This document shows positions 54,341 to 64,000 of a stretch of 64,000 nucleotides of DNA, piece after piece (within the stretch, counting starts at the first letter, position 1; each line of letters starts with the position of its first letter). Source of the stretch: Chrysomallon squamiferum (taxonomy: Eukaryota; Animalia; Mollusca); the NCBI GenBank assembly GCA_012295275.1, contig CM022670.1, positions 19,096,001 through 19,160,000 on the forward strand, read 5' to 3'. The notes beneath the pieces are model-generated. The model searched no databases and was not told where the DNA came from. It saw nothing but the letters and a program-made list of their open reading frames with translations. A program made the position numbers and the translations under genes.

Positions 54341-55621
54341 ATCAAATGATTGAGCGAACATTTGTTTCTTTGTTAAAGAATAATGTTCTTCTTTCTCTTC
54401 AATTTGTTCTTAAACAAGGATAGTAATTATAATATATGCTGAACTTTAACAGAAAAATAAATACATTTAGTAAAACTGAACCAGATAGTGAGATACTGAG
54501 ATATGACACTGGAAAGAAAGCTGTGAACTTGATATCTGCTAAGGTTTCATCATTAGAATAGTCATAACATTTTTTTTTTCTTAAATATATATATATATAT
54601 TATTTTATGTTGTTATTGTTGTTGTTAATGCTGCTGTTGCTGCAGCTGTTATTTTAGAGGAAAGTGTTATACCGTTATTGTATTTTTGTTTAAATAAATA
54701 TTTATTTATTCTTACGGCACACTTAGAATATAGCTGCATACTTCTTATATATTTCAAAACATTCTACTAAATGTTATTTGATTTTAACTCTGTACTAGCC
54801 GTTTTGTGGAGATGGTGCTCCTTTGTTAAGCAAATCATGCCATGTCATTGACGAAATTATCCGAAATATTCCGAATCATATTGTATACGGAAGTTACCGA
54901 AAACCATTCGATTATTTACGACATAATGTTTTATATGATGGAAATCGAAAATCTGCGTTCACTTTTATCACAGTTACATTAAAAACATAAGGAAATAAAT
55001 ATAAATATAATTTAAAATATTTTAAAAACTTGAGGAAGAAACTGGAACAACGAATTAAACTTTTTATATGATAGATATAATAAAATAATTTATAACAATA
55101 ATGAAGATTTTGACTATGGTTAAATTAATTAAAGCCCAAACATTAAGAGTAATTTTTGAAAATGAAACATTATAAATTTTATTTCATTGTTTATTGTAAG
55201 TAAAGACACGTTATAACTTAAGTTATAAGTAATCTATACGAAAATGACTTAGGTCTTTTCTTACTTTTCTTATTAAATTTTATACTTAAATTTTCGTTAC
55301 AACATTTGTAGCTTTTATACCAAAATTTCTGTGAAATGAATTTCTCTAGAATGCAAAATGACAGCATTATGACTGCAATCCATTTGGACATGTTTATTTA
55401 GTAATAATTTCATCACATTTTATGTGTTGTTATTCATTAATTACCTTTAAAAATTATTATTCAGAAAATAATAATAATAACAATAAAAATTCCGTTAGTC
55501 AATAAAAATAATGATTCAAATGGTAACTTGATTTATTAAAATGACATCCTGATATGAATAGTATCTTATTTGTTGATTGTAATTATTGGCGCCAAATGTG
55601 AAATGGTTATAATGATCAAAT

Positions 55622-55835
55622 ATGCAAATAAAAAAATTTGAAATGAAATTTTAATCGTATGTAAATTATATGCAAATGAGATAGTGATACATAAATTATG
55701 CAAATTAGATTCATAATTTATGTTAATAAATTTATGACGTCAGTCACGTGGTTATTGTTCCTTCCAGCCGCCATTTTCTAGAGAAGGTAACTCTCGGAGA
55801 TTAATCTTTCTAGTCCAGAGATATTTATAAGGTAA
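55622..55835 (+). promoter_or_regulatory. ATRX promoter and non-coding first exon
   Basis: ATGCAAAT x3 (55622, 55670, 55698), CRE TGACGTCA 55735-55742 abutting E-box GTCACGTG 55743-55750, YY1 GCCGCCATTTT 55767-55777, donors AAG|gtaact (55787) and AAG|gtaaat (55832). Confidence 0.7.
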
Positions 55836-56983
55836 ATGTCAATGCTTTACTTGGAATGGTGATGTTGTTGCCTAAACTCTTTCGCATATTCAGTTATGCA
55901 CAAAGTATACTGTTCGAAAATGATCGATCGATGTTATTCTGCAGTTTGTAACGAATATATTTTTTTTTTTTTTAAATTTTATTTATTTTATTTTAATTTT
56001 TATTTTAGGGGAAAATGTAAACTATTATGATTCTGGCATTAATTACTACTTTTTGCACCTTATCGAAACATTGAAAGCCATTTTTTCGAAGACTGCAGCA
56101 ATCGTAATTATGCAAGTAATCAGTTTGTCTTTGTGTTTTGCCAAAGAAATCTCTTATGTATACAAAACTGTAAGTCAGTGTTTGATGCAGAAGTAAACGG
56201 TGCTTGATATTCACGCATGTGCAGTTTGTGGTCTCATTACCCACTTAAAAATATCTGTTAAATAGATTTAGGATATTCATTTTGTGATTTTTCCAATCAG
56301 TGTATGACAGATTCATAAATGATAACACTTCTTGTCCATGTTAGTGAAAAATTATTTCAACACAAAATACCAGTTTAAATGTAAACATTAAATAAATCGA
56401 AACCATTAAATGATTAATGTTTTAAAATATCTCGGTAATAGTGGTGGTATTTATTTTATAGAATCTGCACATTTAACTTCGATTTGTAATCATTTGCAAA
56501 ATCATAATAATCATGTTTGTCCACAAAAAACAGTTAAATTTAGTACATATGTTTAACATGTCTTTTATCTTTTTTTGTCAGTTTTAAATAATATAGCCTT
56601 AAAAATTAGAATTACCAACATTTTGAAATTGATGCTTTGCAAATAAATATTTTTGGATAAACAAGTGTTTTTTTATTTATTTGTTCATAGTGGACATTTT
56701 ATTTATTTTTTAAACATCATTTCTTACACATTCCTGTATAATTCTTTTTTTCTTTTTTTTTTTTTTTTAGCGGTCTATATCTCTTGTGATTATAATTCAG
56801 TAATGTCAAATAACTACTGATATTTTTTTTCTTGTTTTTCTATAATAACTAGACAAATTTTTTTTTAGTTATTTGTTTAAGCTGTTTATTTATTTCCAGG
56901 CATTGAAATTCATTATAAGAACTGTCATGTATCAAACAGCAGTTGGTTAAGAATTCTAAAAATCTAATAAACACTTTGATAAA

Positions 56984-58641
56984 ATGGAGGTAAGTCAGTT
57001 CGTAATTTTTTAATTTTTAATTAAAGCAGAATATTTTAAATGACTAGTATTTATATAACTAATACAACTGAATGACAAATATTTTAAATACATATTAGGG
57101 CTGTCATATTAGTAGTGGTTTAAAGAAAAAATATGCTAGAATGGATTGAAAAAATAGCTGAAAGATGGCTTTTTTCTTTATTGACGAAATTGGGAATATG
57201 AGTCCAGTAATAATTTTTAAATGGAAATAGATTTTATAATATTTTTACACGAGTCAAAATAATAATTTTTAAATCAAAATAAATTTTATAACATGTTTAC
57301 TAAAGTAAACATTGCTTTAACATTGCAGGAACAAAACATGTTTTACAAATTCACAAGATTCCTGTAGTACAATTTAAACAATGTTTTGCAGTTATTATTA
57401 ATCATTTGTCATGGATCATCTCTAAGTTTTTATAGGAGTGTGATTATAACTTATTGTAAACAATACTGTATATTGGATACAGAAGTGTTTGTGATCAGAT
57501 TTCATATCTGTCATGATCCATTGGTTTGGTATATTTTGTCATTTTCATTAACTGATTTGACAGGCTTTTTGCATGAACCCAATCTAATCATTATATTGGT
57601 TGATATATATTTAAAAAAAGAAGAAAGAAAATGTTTGTCTAAAACACAGTGACTTCTCACTAGTTGGAATTTGAAAAATTTGTAAAATAAATTCCTAAGG
57701 CATATTTGTTAAGGAAGAGCATATTACAGAGATAAATAGACAAATTTAATTTGTTCGATGCGATTCCCCTTCCTCCTGCCAATCAGTTGATTTCTTGTTT
57801 CCCTCAAATTTATTTGATAAATTTTATCAAATAATATCAAGAACAGAATCACTATAAAATTATGTGTCACTTTATTTGTAAAAAGGCAAAAACTTGTCAT
57901 TTATAAATTATGAATATTGTAGCAAAACAAGCATTATTTTTGTTTTCAAACATATGGAATGAAATTAATAAAATATTCTTGTTCTGCTTGCTTCACAAAA
58001 GGGAAAATGTGCCATAAAAATATGTAATGTTTTTTTGAATGCATCATAAATTTTTAATACTTGAATAATAATACTTAGAAATTGTGTTTATTTATTTATT
58101 TATTTATTTATTTTTATAGGTCTTCAAGTATCAGATTTATTATGGTTCTGAACAAATTTGATATTGTTTGTGTTTTTATTTTTCATTTGTAATTGGCCAG
58201 TATCATCCCAGCTTATTAGCAACAAGTTTTTAGTAATATTTAGTTTTTGTAAATGTGATTATTACAAGAATACTCATATTTACATTTAATTATTGCCAAG
58301 TTTTTCATTTTAATTATTTACAGGGCAGAAGCCGAAGTGGTTCTGCAAGAAGGTAATGGTGGCCAGTATACTTGTTTTAATTATAGATGTTTTTAAACAA
58401 AAACTAAGTGGCAATTCTTATCAAATATAAGGTTTAATTTTCCTCAGATGTATTAATAGCCTTGTTTAAAATAGCTATAAGTACTTTTTCACTAATTTTA
58501 TTGATGTTTAAAATTTATGTTATGAAAGAACAAAAAAAGTTTTATGGTTTATTTTTCATATTTTGGGGTTTTCAGTGAATCAGTGTACAACTTTCTGTAA
58601 AATGTTACTTAGATGATAAATGGTTTGTGTGTAAGCGAAAG

Positions 58642-58673
<32 letters not shown>

Positions 58674-61600
58674 AATATGTAAAAGATTTCTTATTGCATA
58701 AGAATTGCCTACTGTGTTGTAGCATCATTATACAAAAAAAAAAAAAACCTGTAGTTTTATACTTCATAATGTTATATTAAAAATGTGTTGTTCAACTTTC
58801 TGCAGTTTGGCAGTTACTAATTATTTAGAAAAAAAAAAAGGTCAATTATCTTTTATGGAATATTCATTCACTTTGTTTAAACTTTTTTTATTGTTTTCAG
58901 GAAACCTGCCTCAACATTGAAAGTATCTCTTTCTTTTGTTAAGAGAAGCAAAGCAGCCTCCAGCTCTGATTCTGAAGAATTATCAGATTTAGAAAGAAGT
59001 GGGAAACCAGCTTTATCTTGTAATTCAAATGACAGTGATTCCATTCCGGAATTACCTGAAGGTAACATAAATGATTTTTAAAATAAATCTGTTTGGTTGG
59101 AAAGTGAATGAAATGCTAATCTTTACATATATATTTATTTTATAAATAAATTGACTCTAAAAGAGAGATGAATTAAACAAAAAATGTTATATATATGTTT
59201 TGTTTGTTTGTTTGCTTTCTTATGTTAAATATTCTGTTAGATTTAACACTATATTTCTAAATTAGTTTTGTAATAATTGATTACCTCACTTTCATTGAAT
59301 ATTTAAAATTAGTCCTGTGCAAATAAGATATGTCAGATTTGTTTTTTCATACACAAGACAATAAATCACTTTAAATATTAGCATAATTTGCTGTTTTATC
59401 CAGTTTATGTTATTTTATTAGGAACTGTCATAGTTAATCCAGAACCAGTTCAAGAAAAGAAACTGAAGTTTCAAGGCCCAGAATTTTCTAGAGGTAAACA
59501 AAATTTTCTTTAAAATGTAAAGTGTTAAATAGAGGTTTTCTTTCAAGATATTTAATTATAGAGTTTTTAATCTTTATAAATAATGATAGAAATTTATTAT
59601 TATTATTATAATTACTATTTTAACTTACCACATAGTACTTAAAAATGAGAACAGTATTTTAATTTTCTGTATTTATGATTTTGATATAATTTCTTGAAAT
59701 TTGGAAATATGTCCTTTCATATTGGTCAGTCTTGGGTCTTTTATCCAGAAATACAGATTAATTTTAAAAATCTACAGTTTGAATTTTTGTTGAAAGCATT
59801 TTTTTTTCTCTCTAGTAGAAATAGTTGTAGAAATAGTTGTAGATTTAAAAGTAGATGAAAATATTGTTATTTCTGTACACTTTTTTTTTAATGTTTTGTA
59901 ATCCAATTCATAATAAATGTGTACATTAAAATGACATTTTTAAAATTAAATAACAAATCATAATCGTACTTATGATATGTCAGTTATGAAAAAAAAATTA
60001 GTTAAAAATGTCTTTTCCTTACATTTCACCTCTGAGAGTTTTCTTAATAATAAACAGCAAATAGATCTTTTTTGTGTAGTAATCTTATTATACTGGCTAA
60101 CAAACCAAAGATACATTTTAAAATTGATATTTGTAGGTACTGTCTGCCTAGCCGATATAATTGGTCGAAGCTGTTAAAAGTTCAGATTTTGGCCATTTTC
60201 CTCCAGTCCCAAATCCCTTCTATAAATCCCACCATAAAAAACAAATGCATGTAACTAAAGATCTTTATGTGCTCTTTTAAATGGTGTTGTTCTTGTTGTA
60301 TGTTAAATCAGTTCTTTGTATGAGTGTGTTAAACGCGGTGGGGGTAAATGCACTTTGATGCCCGTGGTCAGCAATTAACAGCATGGAGTAACAAGTCCTA
60401 AAATAGGGTCCCTCTTCAAATGCCTTGCTTGTTTTCGCCAAAATGGCTTCAATATTATTTTTAGCAAAGATAGAAGGGTCAAAGTTCAATCTTTCTAATT
60501 GTGTGCATGTCGTCGTTGGCAATCACTTTTATCAAAAGTTGTGTCCAAAAATGTACTTTTTCATGCCTTCAAATCAATTTTGAAATAAACTGGCTGAAAA
60601 TAAAACCTATGTTCGTGGGATCAAATGAAAGATCATTCAATTACCTTTCAAACAATGTGCGACACTACAGTGTGTCTTCTTTGGCAAAAACAAGCTCCGC
60701 GTTTAAACGTAGCACGTGCTTAGCAAAATCGCCATTATGTTACGCTTTTTACAGAATGAAATTGCCGTAGATCTTATGTACAGCTAGAAAGGTCTGGCGC
60801 TGTTTAAAATGATTATATTTATATGTTGTTTATATTTTTAATAACTTGTTGGTTGTTTGTTTTTCTTCAATGTTCCTATTTTTAGCATCTACATTATAGC
60901 ACAAGCGTAGTGAAATTGCATTCTGAAATAAACAAATTAACATTGTTTTGCCGATTACAATCTTCAGTTTAAAACCGTCGATTATTTTGCTTTCAGATAA
61001 ATGTGGAATTAAGAATCATAACCATAACAAACTATGCAACATAATAGAACAATGTATTCAGAGGTATTGATGAAATGCTGAATAAAAATAAAATCACTTT
61101 TTTAAAAATATAAAATCATAAATTGATCAGTTTTAAAACATTTTTGCTTGTTGATAAGCTCTATCAGAGAAAATTTCAATAATGTCAGATGATAGGTAAC
61201 TATTGTTTGCTGTCAAATCACAGCAAGTACAAAGCTAAGAAAATTATTTTATGTTTGCTTCAAATGACAGACTTACAACACCTGTGTCTTTAATTGCCTC
61301 TAGTCTCATGATTACATACATTTTATTGTCCCTGATTAATACCTGCAACACCTTTCTGGAGTTGACTCCAAGGATTAGCTGAGTTTATGTATTGCAAAGG
61401 ATTATGGTTAAACATCAAATGCTTGTAAACCTTTTAAGTAACATTTATATATATATGATATATACACATCTCAGTATCTTAACTTATCAGTTATTTAACA
61501 GAGTGAAAATTGAAGCTGCTTATGTAAATAAAGTTGTGCTGTTCTATATAAATTGAAAAGGTAACTTTTTTTTATGGGTTTGGTAGAAAAAAAAAGATTT

Positions 61601-64000
61601 TTTTTATTACAAATGTTAGCTTTAAGTATGTCATTTGAAAGATCTTGATAAATTGTTCACAACACAGGTTGAATTTGTCAAATAAGACAAAACCTGAAAC
61701 CACAGTGTCTATTTGAACTTTTACTCATTCTGCCATGTGTCATTTTGAAGATTTTGGCATGTTTAGCATGTTATTGTGAAAACCATACAAACATACAGGT
61801 CAGAAAAAAATTGAGCTCATTTAACAAGTTGGTCCCATCACTCTTGTTGATTTTCAGCCTTTTGTGTCAATTACTTTTCAAATAACAGTTGGCCAAAGTA
61901 GCCCTTTCTGCTAATTAGCCAAAACAGGGCTAAAAAACAACCAAATACCTGTCATACTGATTTGCATATATCTTCTTAACCGCTGGAAATAGAGTAATAT
62001 TTTTTTGTGTGTTTTCATTCTTTTTGCTACCACTTTCATTATGCGAATTAAAGTCAGAAAAAATTTGCCTGCCGGTACCTAATATTTGTCACATTTTAAG
62101 AAACATTTTGGTTTCACCTGAAATCATAATGAACTTTCTGTGGAGAACATTACTGAACTTCTATACTTCTGATTTAGAAATTTACTAAATCTTTTAAAAT
62201 TATTTATTAATTAAATATTAATTATTTATTGATAAAATTATTTCATAATTATTTGTATATATATATATATATATTTTTTTTTTACAAAGTTTCATCGAAT
62301 GCAATTCTGTTGGATGTCTTTAACTGTACAGCATGTAACAGACAGGTAAATCCAAATATAAAAGGAGCAGCAAGGAGACACCCAGATCTCGGAGTTCTTA
62401 TTTGCAAGGTAAATGACTGTTTTTAAATGTAATCAAGGTTGTAAATATATGTGTGGCCTATAACTGATTCATTGGAAAATATAATATTACACATATATTA
62501 CATACATATGCATAATTTTAAACAGTTAATATGCTTGCAGTTAATATTTCTCATTCTGTTTCTTTCCTTGTTCTTTTTCTTTTTAAATGTTGGTCTTCTA
62601 ACTGGGTCCATGAAATTTAAGAAAAAAAGATAAGAATGAGAGCTTTAGTTAAGAATATTATTTGATGATCTAAAACATCTAATTATGATGTGAAAAAGAA
62701 ATATTCTTTAATTATGATTTAGATTCTTGTTTTTTTCCTTTTTTAGAAATGCTACCGATATTACAAAAGTGGTGAAATAATCCAGGACAGTGATGGTCTT
62801 GATGAACAATGTCGGTGGTGTTCAGAAGGAGGGAAGCTTATGGGTTGTGATTACTGCCACAATGCATTTTGCAAGCAGTGTATCCTGCGCAATTTTGGAC
62901 GAGCTGAATTGTCAAAAGTGAATGGAGATGGTAAATATTTTAATCTTAATTTCTTTAATGTTCTTTAAGTGTAGACTTGACAAATACTTTTAAAATCACA
63001 TTTAACCTAGCTTAATAAAATTAATTAAATATATTTATTTATAAATACTTCTTAACTAACTTGATTTTACTAATTAATGGATGTAACATGGTTCAAGTTG
63101 TATAAAATATAAAATTACTCAATATGTTGCATGTAATTGATACATCTTTTAAAAATTTAATGCCAGGAAACAATCTTAGCTGCGATATTTTCAGAAATAT
63201 TGTTTATCAGTTTGTTATATTGAATGAAAGTCATAAAACCAATATTCTTTAATTTTATAATATATTTACATGAATTAGAGGTAGTCAGTATAAAAAATAT
63301 TTTCTAGCAATTAAATTATTAATAAATATTCTAAAAAATGAGATACTGTATGTTCCCTGAAAAGTTGTGGGGATTAAATTAGCAATTTATTCTTTACTTT
63401 TTTCTTTGGCTTTTAGGGGATACCAAATGGAAATGTTATATATGTGATAAATCACAATTACTTAAATTATCTGCACAGTGTGATGATGTAATGGAAAAAA
63501 TTGAAAAACAAGAACAATTAGGAAAAATGGCGACAAGTACTCCAAAATTAGAAAAGAGTGCCAGAAAATCTACAGCTGGATTAAATTGTAACTCAAAAGT
63601 CAACTCAAAACAGTTGAAAAATCCATCAGGAGTGCTTCCAAATATTAAGATCATCCCATCTTGTGTTGAAGATGTGGTCTGCAAATTAACTGGGATATCA
63701 AAAACATTTATAACTATGTTAGAAGTTATGAAAACAGATTTAGAAATTCCTTACAGCATGTCGACCCCATATGATGCAAATAAATTGGACATTAAACGAA
63801 TTAGATATGCTGGAATGTTGCAGAAGGGGCTGGAAACCTATACAAAATCAATTGACAGAATCTTAGGAGAGCAGATAGATTCAGCCTCACAAAAAGATAT
63901 TGTTGATAGTATTGAAACTGTTGACTCCCCAATGAAAATGAATGGTTCTTTAGAAAAGACAGACAACAAAGTTGAAAATGAGAGTACAGAATTCACTTCA
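56984..64000 (+). CDS. ATRX: ATRX chromatin remodeller, N-terminal part with ADD domain; continues beyond window
   Basis: Exons 56984-56989 (ATG GAG), 58324-58352, 58901-59061, 59422-59493, 62290-62408, 62747-62930, 63417 to beyond 64000. LPEGTVIVNPEP..FQGPEF, CTAC..RHPDLGVLICKKC (GATA-like finger), DGLDEQCRWCSEGG..CDYCHNAFCKQCILRNFGR..WKCYIC (PHD finger). Confidence 0.95.
60135..62080. mobile_element. About 1.95-kb non-autonomous DNA transposon in ATRX intron (short imperfect TIRs, 9-bp TSD)
   Basis: Ends AGGTACtgtctgcc...gcctgccgGTACCT. Flanks gatatttgt (60126-60134) and aatatttgt (62081-62089), 8/9 identical. Left part is CpG-rich relative to host intron. No intact ORF. Confidence 0.65.

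Noticed and set aside
60277-60770. ORFs inside the ATRX intronic element as a transposase
   Set aside because: Short, stop-riddled, with no DDE or zinc-finger motif recognisable
28521-64000. GLA-ATRX linkage as conserved synteny with the human X chromosome
   Set aside because: Cannot be tested from one window, and the other neighbours map to different human chromosomes

Overview
Very AT-rich, intron-rich animal genomic DNA, most consistent with a gastropod mollusc. That call is an inference from gene content and repeat style. By reading splice sites and phases by hand I reconstruct seven protein-coding genes. (1) The 5' half of a JIP3/JIP4 (sunday driver) scaffold on -, with symmetric micro-exons. 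(2) An 18-exon, probably mitochondrial AtuA/DUF1446-family gene on +. (3) A two-exon 55-aa TOMM5 gene on -, which the ORF track only partly shows. (4) A 7-exon GH27 glycosidase on + with alpha-galactosidase A-type pocket residues. (5) A 9-exon SLAIN gene on +. (6) An NLR-like nSTAND3 P-loop NTPase-ankyrin repeat gene on -. (7) The 5' part of ATRX (ADD domain) on +, with a 1.95-kb TSD-flanked insertion in an intron. Six of the seven genes form three head-to-head pairs. The best candidates for undescribed biology are the STAND-ankyrin gene, which has a kB/ISRE/ETS motif cluster and a tandem splice donor that decides between a 120-aa stub and the full protein, and a structured intronic element in the AtuA-like gene that buries a possible 24-nt micro-exon and two competing donors. 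All exon models come from sequence alone and need RNA-seq confirmation.
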